This document shows, piece after piece, positions 50,975 through 61,802 of a stretch of 64,000 bases of DNA. The notes beneath the pieces are model-generated. The model was not told where the DNA came from. It ran no database searches and worked only from the letters and a program-made list of their open reading frames with translations. The translations under genes were made by a program, and so were the position numbers. The DNA is taken from the NCBI GenBank assembly GCA_963843145.1, contig CAWJJC010000027.1, forward strand, positions 128,001-192,000, given 5' to 3'. The DNA comes from an uncultured delta proteobacterium. GTDB taxonomy: Bacteria; Desulfobacterota; RBG-13-43-22. Every line of letters begins with the position of its first letter. Position 1 is the stretch's first letter.

Positions 50975-51193
50975 AAATTCGAATTCCAAATTTCGAAATC
51001 CGAAACAAATTCTAATTTTCAAAACTCAAATGTTCAAAACGTGGGGAATCATGTTTGCTGGTTTCGCAAAAAGTCACCGAAAGACCGCGGTTTTCACCGG
51101 GGTGACGACTTTTTGCGAGTTTATCATGTTTTGAATTTTGAAATTTTGGTCATTTGAGTTTGTTTCGGATTTCGTGTTTCGGATTTCGAATTT
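50975..51193. repeat. Long inverted repeat with ~7-bp periodic arms, enclosing a family-B-like REP end
   Basis: AAATTCGAATTCCAAATTTCGAAATCCGAAACAAATTC..TTCAAAAC (50975-51040) vs GTTTTGAA..GTTTGTTTCGGATTTCGTGTTTCGGATTTCGAATTT (51128-51193). Confidence 0.75.
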
Positions 51194-51201
51194 GCCTTTT
51201 T

Positions 51202-52482
51202 TTATTTCTTCATCCAGGGCGGCAGTAGAATCTGACCGACGGCGATGGAGTCCGGAAAAACCACTACCCGCTTCCCCTTCTGCCATTGAAAGATGGTGCC
51301 TACCGCGCCCTCCTTGGGGTCCAGGCTGGGGATGACCTGGTGGGACTTGGGGTCAAAGCGGATCCGGCCGTAGACGCCCATCAAGTCGGTCTTTTCCAGG
51401 GCGGCGATCACCGCGTCGGTGTCCAGGGACCCGGCCCGTTCGATGGCGTCTTTCAGGGTATAGACGGCCATGTAGCTGCTGGAGGTCCCGTAGCCCTCCG
51501 GTTCGATCTTCCAACGTTTGGTGTAGGCATCATAAAATTTCATGGTCCAAGGCGTGGCCTTGGAGGGGGCGTTCCCGGCGTTGACCACATTGGCCAGGGT
51601 GTATTCCCCTTTTCCTTCGGTGGCCTTCCAGAATCCAGGCTGCTCCGCGGCGGCGATGATGGAGCCGAAGGGCAAGGCCGGAACCTTCAAGTCATACCAT
51701 TGTTTCAACAGGATGGCGCTTTCGGGCATGTCCATCCAGATCAGCAGGACTTGGGCCCCTTCCTTCTTGGCTTTGAGCAGACCCATGGAAAAATCCGTGG
51801 TCCCGGTCGGATAGATTTCCGGTTTGCCCAGCACCGTCCAGCCTTTTCCGGCCATGATCTTGGCAATCAGATCCCCGCCGGCCCGGCCGTGGGCCACATC
51901 CTGGACCATAATGAATAATTTATTGAGATTGTGTTTTTTGCCGATGTCCAGCAGGCAGGGGATGATCTCCCCGCCCACCATCCATTTGGCATCCCCGCTG
52001 ATCCGGAAGCAGTACTTGAACTTGTCATAATTTTCAGCCACCCGGGCACTATAGGCCGGGGTCAAGGCCCCGGTGGTCAGGATGGAGATTTTTTTGTATT
52101 TGGAGAGCAGGTCCATGGCGGCCAGGGCGGCTTCCGAGCGGACCGGACCCCCGATCAGGAAATCGGCTTTTTTCTCCAGAATAAGTTTTTCCACGGTCAG
52201 GAGGGCGTCGCTGACCGGCACCCCGGGTTCCAGATCACGGGTATCCATGACCGACACCTCAAAAGGCCGTTTGACCCCCCCGACCTTCACCCCGCCCTTG
52301 GCGTTGATTTCCTCCACGGCCAGGCGAATCCCCCGCTCCGCGTCCCAGCCATAGAGAAAGCCCGTGGCCAACGGGGCGCCGATAACGATAGGCTTTTCAG
52401 CGGCCGGGGCCGAAGCGCCGGCGAATAAAATTAAGCTAACAAAACAGACCAGGACCCAGGGAACCAATGATCTTGCCTTCAT
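51202..52482 (-). CDS. LIV-type ABC substrate-binding protein
   Basis: Signal peptide; LAVEEINAKGGV, DFSMGLLK; heads transporter-ligase operon. Confidence 0.92.
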   Translation of the reverse strand: MKARSLVPWVLVCFVSLILFAGASAPAAEKPIVIGAPLATGFLYGWDAERGIRLAVEEINAKGGVKVGGVKRPFEVSVMDTRDLEPGVPVSDALLTVEKLILEKKADFLIGGPVRSEAALAAMDLLSKYKKISILTTGALTPAYSARVAENYDKFKYCFRISGDAKWMVGGEIIPCLLDIGKKHNLNKLFIMVQDVAHGRAGGDLIAKIMAGKGWTVLGKPEIYPTGTTDFSMGLLKAKKEGAQVLLIWMDMPESAILLKQWYDLKVPALPFGSIIAAAEQPGFWKATEGKGEYTLANVVNAGNAPSKATPWTMKFYDAYTKRWKIEPEGYGTSSSYMAVYTLKDAIERAGSLDTDAVIAALEKTDLMGVYGRIRFDPKSHQVIPSLDPKEGAVGTIFQWQKGKRVVVFPDSIAVGQILLPPWMKK

Positions 52483-52566
52483 CTTGCTCCTCCTTCTTTT
52501 TGGATATTGGATATTGATTGTTATCCTTCAACTTAAGAGGGAATCACTCGGTATCCCCTCAACGCC

Positions 52567-52582
52567 TGCAAGAGATTTGCCA
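52567..52582 (-). promoter_or_regulatory. Sigma-54 (-24/-12) promoter of the ABC/CoA-ligase operon
   Basis: Minus strand TGGCAAATCTCTTGCA = GG-N10-GC; imperfect palindrome ATCTTACAATTTGTGAAAGAT (52666-52686) upstream as candidate activator site. Confidence 0.75.
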
Positions 52583-52745
52583 GCGGCCTTAAAAAAAATT
52601 ATCGATGCGATTGCAGGGAGTTGGGGAAAATGCCGGGCGTCTCGATCCTCTGTCTATTTGAACTGATCTTACAATTTGTGAAAGATTTTTTCAATGGCTT
52701 TGTTGACGCTTCCCCCTCTTGAAAGGGTGAACTACCAAAAAAAAT

Positions 52746-54119
52746 TCAGGCGGCCTTGAATGCACTGGTCAGTCCATAGGTTTTAAGCTTCTGACGAAGT
52801 GTCGGACGGGAGATACCCAGTAGCTCACAGGTCTTCCCCAGGTGCCAGTGGGTACGCTGCAAGGTTCCGATAATATATTCTTTCTCCATATCTTTGAGGC
52901 TTTGTTCCTTGGGGACGGTCTCTTTCGGATGGGGATAGACCGGCACGATCCGGCCCAGTAACGGTTCGATATGTTCTTCGAGGATTACTTCCCCTTGGCT
53001 GTTGATCGCCACGTGAGTAAGGACGTTCGTCAGTTCCCGGACATTTCCCCGCCAATCGTATTCCATCATCTTCCTCAGGGCGCCTTCCTCAACTTTCCTC
53101 AATCGTTTTTCGAGCTCGTGGTTGATTTTTCCCAGGATATATCCCACCAAGAGCGGGATATCCGCCTTACGTTCCCGGAGGGGGGGGACTTGAATGCTCG
53201 CCACATTGAGCCGGTAGTAAAGATCTTCCCTGAAAGTTCCCTGGGAGACCATCTCCCGGAGGTCTCTGTTGGTAGCGGCGATTACTCGGGCATCCGATTT
53301 GATCTTCCTTTCACCACCGAGACGCTCGAATTCCTTTTCCTGCAAAAAACGCAAGAGCTTCGACTGCAGTTCAACCGGAATTTCCCCGATCTCATCTAAA
53401 AAAATGGTCCCCTGACCGGCCAGTTCGAACTTTCCCCTCTTCGAACCGGAGGCTCCGGTAAAGGCGCCCTTCTCATGGCCGAAAAGTTCGCTTTCCAACA
53501 GGGTCCCCACCAGCGTGGAACAATCGATCGCCCGGAAGGGATGCTCCCGGAAAGGACTGTTATAATGAATAGCCCGGGCGATCAGCTCCTTTCCCGTGCC
53601 GGTCTCCCCTTCTATCAGCACCGTGACCCTGTTTTCGGAAAGCACGCCAATGGTTTTAAAAATCTCTTTCATTCCCCGGCATCGGCCGATCACTTTACCG
53701 GGCACGTAGACTGATGAGGGATCGATCAAGAGCGACTTACCGGTTGGGGTGGCGTTTAGGGACTTAATGGCCTTATCGATAGCCCTCTCCAGATCTTCCA
53801 CATCGATGGGTTTAGGAATATACTCGAAGGCTCCGTATTTCACCGCCTTAATGGTGATTTCCATATCATGAAAGGCCGTGATAATGATGATATGCTTTCG
53901 GCCGTCGCGAATCAGTTGTTGAAGCACCTCCAGACCATCCCGGTCCGGGAGGCGAATATCCAGGATGATCACCTGAGGATCAAAGGTCCGACAGAGCTTC
54001 AACCCTTCCAGCGCCGACTGAGCACAGGCCACCGTGTAACCCTTCTCGGTGAGGAACATCTCCAGAGACTCCAGGAGCGACCGTTCGTCATCAATGATCA
54101 ATATCTTTTTATTTTTCAA
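52746..54119 (-). CDS. Sigma-54-dependent response regulator (NtrC/AtoC family)
   Basis: Receiver (IIDDE, LDIRLPD), [21 protein letters not shown], Fis HTH. Confidence 0.95.
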   Translation of the reverse strand: MKNKKILIIDDERSLLESLEMFLTEKGYTVACAQSALEGLKLCRTFDPQVIILDIRLPDRDGLEVLQQLIRDGRKHIIIITAFHDMEITIKAVKYGAFEYIPKPIDVEDLERAIDKAIKSLNATPTGKSLLIDPSSVYVPGKVIGRCRGMKEIFKTIGVLSENRVTVLIEGETGTGKELIARAIHYNSPFREHPFRAIDCSTLVGTLLESELFGHEKGAFTGASGSKRGKFELAGQGTIFLDEIGEIPVELQSKLLRFLQEKEFERLGGERKIKSDARVIAATNRDLREMVSQGTFREDLYYRLNVASIQVPPLRERKADIPLLVGYILGKINHELEKRLRKVEEGALRKMMEYDWRGNVRELTNVLTHVAINSQGEVILEEHIEPLLGRIVPVYPHPKETVPKEQSLKDMEKEYIIGTLQRTHWHLGKTCELLGISRPTLRQKLKTYGLTSAFKAA

Positions 54120-55633
54120 GCCTTTTCCCTTAAGGGCAGCCTAAGACTGACCCTTGTCCCCTGGGGTTTGCGCAGCGCCAATTCCCCGGTCCCGCCATGG
54201 GCCTCGACAATCTTCTTCACATTGGACAGACCGAGGCCGGTGCCCTTCTTCTTGTTGCTGAAAAATGGATCAAAGACATAAGGAAGGTCCTCGGGATTAA
54301 TTCCCGGACCATCATCAATAATCTCGACCTGCCAGTCCCGACCGCCCTTCCTCAACACTCGGGTGACGATCTCGATAGACCCGCCTTGGGGCAACGCTTC
54401 CAGGGCGTTCAAAAGCACATTGATCAGGGCCTGTTCGATTTTTTCATGATCCACCGGGATGGGAGGCAGTCGGCGAGCGTATCGTTTTCTAACGGCAACC
54501 CCCTTCTCCTTGATCCGGGCCTCCAGGATCTCCAGACAGGAATCCAGGATGCCATTGATCGAGGCCGGCTGCAGATTCAGCCTGACCGGGCGGGCGAAAT
54601 CCAACATCTCTTCCAGGATCCGCTCCAGACGGGATATTTCCTGAATAATGATTTCCATACGCCGCCGATCATTGCCCCTGAATCCCGCATTTTTCAAGAT
54701 AATCTGGCTGTTCATCTTAACGGAGGAGAGGGGATTTCGAATCTCATGGGCCAGGGAGGTGGTGAGCTTGCCGATATGGGCCAAACGCTCGGATTCCCGG
54801 ATCCGTCGCTCTGTTTCGGTCCGCTCCGTAATGTCCCGGCAAATGCCGGCCACCGCATATTCCCCCTGGTAGAGGATACGTTTCACCTTGTTTTCCGTTG
54901 GCAGGGTCAAGCCATTTTTGTGACGGCGGAGGAAGACATAGAGGTCCTCCGTATCTTCACCGGACATTCGTTTTTCATAGAGTCTTTGCACCGCAGAGAG
55001 TGATCTAGGCGCAATAAAATCCATGTAGGATTTACCGAACATCTCCGCGGGGGAATAGCCATGGAGGTCGCAAAAGGCTTGATTGGCAAAGACGATCAAG
55101 CCTCGCTGGTTAACGAAGTAGCCGTCATTGATCTCCTCGACCAGGACTCGATATTTTCCTTCGGATTCGGAAAGCTCACGGGTCCGCTTTTCCACCTCCC
55201 GTTCCAGATTCCCGGCGTGTTTCCGGATTTCCTTTTCATGAAGGGACTGAAAATATTGGCTGAACCGCTTGATCGTATACAAAAGACAGGTATCCATCCG
55301 TTGCAGGGCCGGAAGAAGCCCCCGGGAGTTAAGTTCCTTCACCAGAATAGGGACGAGCACCTTCCGGTAAAGATCATAGGCATGTTGGACGTCCGAGAGG
55401 GAAAACCCGCCTTCGAGCCGGAGTCGGGTGATCCACTTAATATGGGCGTCAATCAGGGAATAATCGTCGTGGAGAATTACGGCGAAGTTGGCGTCATACA
55501 CCCGGGAAACGGTTACCAACAGCTCCTTCAGCGGCCTTTCACTGTACCGCGGGCTGACCTCCGTTTGCAGCCGGCGAACCCACTCGTCGATGAGCGGTTC
55601 CCGGTGTACCTTCAGGATAGTTGCCAGATCCAT
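54116..55633 (-). CDS. Cytoplasmic PAS sensor histidine kinase with helical (RsbRD-N-like) N-terminus
   Basis: PAS (FANQAFC.LHGY), LAHEIRNPL, N/G boxes DDGPGI, GTGLGL; no TM segment. Confidence 0.92.
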   Translation of the reverse strand: MDLATILKVHREPLIDEWVRRLQTEVSPRYSERPLKELLVTVSRVYDANFAVILHDDYSLIDAHIKWITRLRLEGGFSLSDVQHAYDLYRKVLVPILVKELNSRGLLPALQRMDTCLLYTIKRFSQYFQSLHEKEIRKHAGNLEREVEKRTRELSESEGKYRVLVEEINDGYFVNQRGLIVFANQAFCDLHGYSPAEMFGKSYMDFIAPRSLSAVQRLYEKRMSGEDTEDLYVFLRRHKNGLTLPTENKVKRILYQGEYAVAGICRDITERTETERRIRESERLAHIGKLTTSLAHEIRNPLSSVKMNSQIILKNAGFRGNDRRRMEIIIQEISRLERILEEMLDFARPVRLNLQPASINGILDSCLEILEARIKEKGVAVRKRYARRLPPIPVDHEKIEQALINVLLNALEALPQGGSIEIVTRVLRKGGRDWQVEIIDDGPGINPEDLPYVFDPFFSNKKKGTGLGLSNVKKIVEAHGGTGELALRKPQGTRVSLRLPLREKA

Positions 55634-55647
55634 GCGAAACGCCTTCG

Positions 55648-56718
55648 TTATAACACGGCCCAAGGTTTGGGAAGAAAGACCTTCTCATAAAGGTTCAAGG
55701 CATAACGGTCGGTCATCCCGGCGATGAAATCCGAGGCTCGTTGGGGGTCGAAAGGCAAGGGGCCCAGTTCCAACCCGGTCTCGCTGGCTATCATTTCCGG
55801 AGATTCCATCAGGACACCATACAATTCCTGGATCACCTTCCGGGCCTTGATGAAGTCATAATGCACGCGACCGATTTCGTAGACCCGCTCGTAGAGAAAG
55901 TCCCGCAAGGCCGTCATGGCCTGCTGGACCGATGACCCCAGGGACAACTCCCGGGGCAGGGTTTCCCGGCTGTGTTCGACCAGGTCCGTCACCATGGTGT
56001 TGATTCGCTGGGAACTGCGGTCGCCCAACACGCGACGGCAATAGGAGGGAATCTCCTGATCGGTGATCAAGCCACCCCGCAGGGCGTCGTCCAGGTCGTG
56101 GCTGATATAGGCGATGATATCGGCAATGCGCACCACCTGCCCCTCCAGGGTCGCCGACCTTTCCCCCGATTCCTGGGGCAATATTTCCCCTTTGCCCTTG
56201 GAATGCTTGAGGATGCCGTCCCGTACTTCCCAGGAAAGGTTGAGGCCCAGCCCTCCCTTTTCCAGTTCATCCACCACCCGCAGACTTTGCTGATTGTGAT
56301 AAAAACCACCGGGAACGATATCATTCAACACCTCCTCCCCGGCATGCCCGAAAGGGGTGTGTCCCAGATCGTGTCCCAGCGCGCTGGCTTCCGTGAGATC
56401 TTCGTTTAATCCCAGGCAGCGGGCCACGGTGCGGGCGATCTGGGAGACTTCCAGGGTATGGGTCAGACGAGTCCGGTAGTGGTCACCGGTAGGAGAAAGG
56501 AAAACCTGGGTTTTATGTTTCAGGCGGCGAAAGGCCTTGCAGTGGATAATCCGATCCCGATCCCGCTGAAAAGCCGTCCGCAGGGCGCATTCGGCTTCCG
56601 GGCGCATTCGCCCCCGGCTCTCAGCACTTCGGGCAGCCCAAGGGGATAGAGACAGCCTTTCCCGTTCTTCACTGGCCTCGCGGATAGTCATAGCCTGTCG
56701 ATTAGTTAAGTCGGACAA
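55648..56718 (-). CDS. dgt: dGTP triphosphohydrolase-like HD protein
   Basis: FQRDRDRIIH..AFRRLKHKTQV, RTRLTHTLEV, GHDLGHTPFGHAGE, IAGMTDRYA. Confidence 0.93.
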   Translation of the reverse strand: MSDLTNRQAMTIREASEERERLSLSPWAARSAESRGRMRPEAECALRTAFQRDRDRIIHCKAFRRLKHKTQVFLSPTGDHYRTRLTHTLEVSQIARTVARCLGLNEDLTEASALGHDLGHTPFGHAGEEVLNDIVPGGFYHNQQSLRVVDELEKGGLGLNLSWEVRDGILKHSKGKGEILPQESGERSATLEGQVVRIADIIAYISHDLDDALRGGLITDQEIPSYCRRVLGDRSSQRINTMVTDLVEHSRETLPRELSLGSSVQQAMTALRDFLYERVYEIGRVHYDFIKARKVIQELYGVLMESPEMIASETGLELGPLPFDPQRASDFIAGMTDRYALNLYEKVFLPKPWAVL

Positions 56719-56904
56719 TGGGGCCTCCGATTGGAAACAATACTAATTTTTCACAAAAAAACAAGGGGCTATTTTTTTTGCTTCTTCGGCGGTTTTGGTT
56801 GAGTTTTGCTAGAACAGGCGCTCCCTATAGGTCTAGCATCCTAAAATACCGGAAGGGCCTTATTTTTATTTACAAAAAGTACTCCCTTGGTTAGTATTTC
56901 GTCC

Positions 56905-57978
56905 ATGCGGATCATTTCCCACTACATCGCCAAAGAATTTCTGAAGATGACCCTGTTCTGTCTGGGCACCTTTGTGATGATTTATTTACTGGTGGAAGTG
57001 ATGGAAAAATTGGACGATTTCAACACGGCCGGGGTACCGCCTCGTCAGATAATGAATTATTTTATTTATATTATTCCGGCCATCGTCAAACAAATGATCC
57101 CGGTAGCCATTCTGATGGGCACGCAATTGACTTTCGGCTCTTTTTCCAAGAACAACCAGCTCATCGCTTTCAAGTCCAGCGGGATCAGCATGATCCGACT
57201 CTCTTCACCCATCATCCTGCTCGCTATCGTGACCAGTCTGCTGATCTTTGTCTTGGGGGAAAGTTTAATTCCGGCCGCCAATGCCCGGGCCCTGGAAATC
57301 TGGAATGTCCAGGTAAAAAAAATGGAAGCGCGGGCTGTTCTGATCAACGAGCGGATCTGGTATAAAGGGGATCGCTCGATTTATACCTTTGATCGCTTCA
57401 ACTTTAAAGAACAATCGGCCCAAAAGGTCACCCTCTATTTTCTTGATCCCCAATTTCAGTTGCAATCGCGTCTGGATGCCGAACGGGGATTTTGGGCCGA
57501 CGACGTGTGGACTTTCGAAGACGGCCTCTACCAAATCTATCAACCCACGAGTTCCGTCCAAATCTTTAAAACCCTTAAGCTGCCCTTGACGGAAACCCCG
57601 GAAGATTTTCGCTACCGGGAAAAAAGCAGCGAGGAAATGACCTATTCCGAGTTAAGAAGGTTTATCGGGAAAATCGAGCAGGAGGGCTATGAGGCCCAAG
57701 CCTACCGGGTGGAACAGCAAATGCGCCTATCCTTCCCCGGGGTTTCAATCATTATGGCCCTGATCGGGATTTCCATGGCCCTGCGCCGAGAAAAAGGAAT
57801 CGGCATCGCTCAGGGCATCGTGGGCAGCCTGGCGGTGACCTTTGTCTACTGGATCTTTTTCGGCTTTTCACGGTCATTAGGTCTTTCCGGTGTCTTTCCG
57901 GCTTTTTGGGCCGCCTGGGCGTCCAATATCCTCTTTCTGTTAATCGGGGGCTACCTGCTCCTCCATATCCGGCAATGA
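56905..57978 (+). CDS. lptG: LPS export ABC permease LptG (YjgP/YjgQ family)
   Basis: YIAKEF, NQLIAFKSSGIS..RL, periplasmic beta domain, three C-terminal TMs (AAWASN). Confidence 0.85.
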   Translation: MRIISHYIAKEFLKMTLFCLGTFVMIYLLVEVMEKLDDFNTAGVPPRQIMNYFIYIIPAIVKQMIPVAILMGTQLTFGSFSKNNQLIAFKSSGISMIRLSSPIILLAIVTSLLIFVLGESLIPAANARALEIWNVQVKKMEARAVLINERIWYKGDRSIYTFDRFNFKEQSAQKVTLYFLDPQFQLQSRLDAERGFWADDVWTFEDGLYQIYQPTSSVQIFKTLKLPLTETPEDFRYREKSSEEMTYSELRRFIGKIEQEGYEAQAYRVEQQMRLSFPGVSIIMALIGISMALRREKGIGIAQGIVGSLAVTFVYWIFFGFSRSLGLSGVFPAFWAAWASNILFLLIGGYLLLHIRQ

Positions 57979-59777
57979 AGCCCGCCACCTTTGCCGCGCT
58001 TTTAAAAAAATCGCTGCCTTTTCTATATATTCTGGCAGTGGCTATGACCGTCCTGATCGCCTGGGTCGGCTATTCCACTTCCAGACAAATTCAAGAGACT
58101 ATTACCGAGCAATTCAACCAGCAGCAGCTCACGCTGGCCCGGCAAATATCGAACCATATTCAAAATCAAATCGCCTATCTTCAGCGTACGCTGTTGGGGC
58201 TTCGGGAAATCCGGGAGTTGATCGACCCGGCCGTGGTCGGGGAACGGAAAATTTTCTGGAATTATCAACAAATTCTGGCCGGAGACGTCTTGTCCCTCAT
58301 GGTCCTCGACCCGCAGGGGCGACCCATCCTGAAAGCGCAAGACCCGTCCTGGAAACCCGGAGAGATCCCGCTCCCTTCGCCCGACTCGCTGAGCGCCTAC
58401 CTGCCGTCGGCGCTGACTCCTGACCGGGTCTGGGTCGGACGAACGTTTTCACTGGCCGGGAAGTGGGTGTTGCCGATGATGGCCCCCTTCGGGCCGAAAG
58501 GGCCCTCTGCTCCGGAGGTCCGGGGGGCGGTCGTCCTGATTTTGGATGCCATTCACATTGCCAAGAAAGCGACTGCCGGCGTGGTCAGCGGCGCCACCGG
58601 CTACGCCTGGGTGATCAACCCCCAGGGGATCCTGCTGGATCACTACGAAAGCTCTTTTGTGGGCCGAAGTATTTTCGATGTCCGCAAGGCCCGGAACCCC
58701 ACTATCTCCTACCGGGACATCGATGATTTGACTCGCCGGGAACTACTGAAGCGAAAGGAAGGAACTTCCAAATACGTCAGCGGTTGGCATCGCCAAAAAT
58801 TAGCCCGGACCGAAAAGCTGATTGCCTACACGGCCATTCCTTTTTACGAAACACCGGATCGGAACCTGAGGGCCCAACCGCTGCCGGCCGATGAATTCTG
58901 GTCCGTAGCACTGGTCGCCCCGATCGAAGAAGTATCCGGCCTGATCCGGAGCCTCAACTACCAGCAATTTCTGTTGATCGGAATTTTTCAACTGCTCATT
59001 ATCGTCGGAACCGGGATGTTTGTGTTCATTTCCAGCCGCTGGTCCAGGTATTTGACCATCGAGGTGGACCGGAAAACCGAGGAACTGAAAAAATCCCAGG
59101 AAAAGCTGGTCCACTCCGAACGGTTGGCGGCGGTGGGTTCCATGGCCAGCCACGTGTCCCACGAAATCAAAAATCCTTTGATCGCCATCGGCGGGATGGC
59201 CCACCAGTTGAAGCGTTCCCCCAACCTGTCGGACAAGGAAAAAGAGAAGCTGGACCTGGTCATTAACGAGATCGGCCGCCTGGAAAACATGTTGATTGAA
59301 GTGCGCGATTTCACCCGGCCGACCACACCTCGAAAAATCAAGGGGTCCCTCCACCGGCTGATCGAAGAAATCACCGCCCTGCTGGCCGACCTGATCAAGG
59401 AACAACAGATCGAGGTCCTGACCGACCTGGATCCCCGGGTACCGGAGTTTTCCTTCGACCCGGACCAGATGAAACAGGTGCTGCTGAACTTGATCAAGAA
59501 TGCGGTGGAGGCCATGCCGGAAGGAGGCCGGCTGTCCGTGAAGACCCGTCGGGAAGGCGACCAGGCGGTCGTGGAAATTACCGATAACGGCAAGGGCTTT
59601 GAGAAAGACCACCAGGCCAACCTCTTCCGCCCCTTTTACACTACGAAAAAAAAGGGGACCGGTCTGGGACTGGCCGTTTCCTATAAAATCGTCCAGGACC
59701 ACAATGGCGATATCCGGGTGGATTCCCAGACCGGACGGGGAACCCGGGTGGTGGTCCTATTACCGATAACTGATTGA
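57975..59777 (+). CDS. Membrane sensor histidine kinase with Cache-like periplasmic domain
   Basis: Two TMs, GATGYAWVINPQG, VSHEIKNPL, DNGKG, GTGLGL. Confidence 0.92.
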   Translation: MKPATFAALLKKSLPFLYILAVAMTVLIAWVGYSTSRQIQETITEQFNQQQLTLARQISNHIQNQIAYLQRTLLGLREIRELIDPAVVGERKIFWNYQQILAGDVLSLMVLDPQGRPILKAQDPSWKPGEIPLPSPDSLSAYLPSALTPDRVWVGRTFSLAGKWVLPMMAPFGPKGPSAPEVRGAVVLILDAIHIAKKATAGVVSGATGYAWVINPQGILLDHYESSFVGRSIFDVRKARNPTISYRDIDDLTRRELLKRKEGTSKYVSGWHRQKLARTEKLIAYTAIPFYETPDRNLRAQPLPADEFWSVALVAPIEEVSGLIRSLNYQQFLLIGIFQLLIIVGTGMFVFISSRWSRYLTIEVDRKTEELKKSQEKLVHSERLAAVGSMASHVSHEIKNPLIAIGGMAHQLKRSPNLSDKEKEKLDLVINEIGRLENMLIEVRDFTRPTTPRKIKGSLHRLIEEITALLADLIKEQQIEVLTDLDPRVPEFSFDPDQMKQVLLNLIKNAVEAMPEGGRLSVKTRREGDQAVVEITDNGKGFEKDHQANLFRPFYTTKKKGTGLGLAVSYKIVQDHNGDIRVDSQTGRGTRVVVLLPITD

Positions 59778-59837
59778 CGAATAACAATTGACCATTGATT
59801 ATTGATTATTGGGATATTGACGAAAGGAAAAGTCACC

Positions 59838-61776
59838 ATGGGTTTGAATGTCTTTCAGAAAATAATTTCCCGTCACCGAGTTTCCTCCACCCAGGCGGTG
59901 GACGGTGTTGTTCCCTTAAAGGTGGATCAGGTGTTGACCCAGGACGCTACGGGGACCATGGTGTATCTGCAGTTCGAAGCTATTGGACTTTCCCGGATCC
60001 GGGTCCCCCTGGCCGTATCTTATGTGGATCACAACACCTTGCAGGTGGATTCCCGAAACCCTGACGATCACCGCTACCTGCAAACCGCAGCGGCCCGCTT
60101 CGGCGCCTATTTTTCACCTCCGGGCAACGGCATCTGCCATCAGCTTCATTTGGAGAACTTCGCGCGACCCGGCCAGGTGCTGCTGGGTTCGGACAGCCAT
60201 ACCCCGACCTGCGGCGGACTGGGAATGCTGGCCATCGGTTGCGGCGGGCTGGACATTGCGGCCGCCATGGCCGGGTTTCCCTATGAACTGCCGCTCCCCA
60301 AAATCCGAAAGGTCCGGCTCAAGGGCAAACTTCGCCGGCCCTGGGTAACGGCCATGGACCTCAGCCTGGAACTGCTGCGGCGTCTGACCGTTCGGGGCGG
60401 TGTGGGCTGGGTCCTGGAGTACGGCGGCTCGGCCCTGGCGCACCTCTCCCTGACCGAACGAGCCACCATCTGCAACCTGGGGGCCGAACTGGGGGCCACA
60501 GCCTCCGTGTTCCCCAGTGATCAAATTACCCGGGACTTTCTTCGGGCCCGAGGTCGCGAAAAGGACTGGCAGGAACTGCTGCCTGACCGGGATGCCTCCT
60601 ATGATGAAACGATCGAAGTGGATCTCGGCCGGTTGGAGCCGCTGACCGCCCAGCCCTTCAGTCCGGACAACGTGGTCCCCTTAAAGGACCTGGCCGGTCT
60701 GCGGGTGGACCAGGTGTGCATCGGCAGTTGCTCCAATTCCTCTTACGAGGTCCTACGCGCCGTGGCCTGCATCGTGAAAGGAAAAACCATCGCCCCCCAC
60801 CTGAATCTGCTGGTCAATCCCGGGTCGCGGCAGGTGGTCGGGAACCTGGCCGCCGACGGGTCTTTGGGCGCTTTGATCGCCGCCGGCGCCCGGATCCTGG
60901 AAGCGGCCTGCGGGCCCTGCATCGGCATGGGCGGGGCCCCGCCGGATCAGGGGATTTCTTTCCGTTCCTATAACCGGAACTTCAAGGGTCGCAGCGGAAC
61001 GGCCAATGCCCGGGTCTTCCTGGTCAATCCCTTGGCCGCGGCGCTCCTGGCCCTCCAGGGAGAAGTGGTCGATCCCCTGCGCTTCCCTTTGCGCCTCCCC
61101 ACCTCGGCCCCGGTTCCTGCTTTCCAGGGTTCGGAGAGGACGATTCAACCTCCGCCCCGAAAAACGGCCGCCTTGGAAATCACCCGCGGCCCTAACATCC
61201 GGCCGATTCCCCGAAAAAAACCACTCCCGGATACCTTCTCGGCCGCGGTCCTGATTAAACTGGGGGATCACGTCACTACCGATGACATTCTGCCCGGCGG
61301 GTCCGAGGTCCTCCCCTTCCGGTCGAACATCCCGGCGATTTCCCGCTACACCTTTTCCCGGGTGGACCCCGGTTTTGCCGAGCGGGCGCTGAAAAATCCA
61401 GGTGGGATCATCATCGGCGGTGAAAACTATGGCCAGGGTTCCTCCCGGGAGCACGCCGCCCTGGCTCCCATGTTTCTCGGCATCCAGGCCGTGCTGGCCA
61501 AATCCTTTGCCCGGATTCATCTGAACAACCTGATCAACTACGGGATCCTGCCGCTGGTATTTGAAAACCCGGAGGACTACTTGGCGATGGAACAGGGAGA
61601 CCGTTGACCTTTCAAGGGGTGAGAACATCGGTCAGGGAACTCGCCAGCCATGGAAGTCCGGTGCGGAGCGAACAGAAAACATGTCCGCCTGCTGCCACAG
61701 ATAACCGCCAACAAAGTTGGTGGTGCTTTTATCCGGCGGTCTCCTGCCATACCTTAGAAAGAAGTTTAAAAAATAA
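59838..61776 (+). CDS. Aconitate hydratase family protein (3' end frameshifted; ORF stops at 61607, C-terminus LLSGGLLPYLRKKFKK* ends 61776)
   Basis: QDATGTM, GNGICH, GSDSHT, IGSCSN, ACGPCIGMG, NRNFKGR, TTDDI.P, NYGQGSSREHA. Confidence 0.9.
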
Positions 61777-61802
61777 TGCAGGATCCAAAATCAGGATGCA
61801 GG

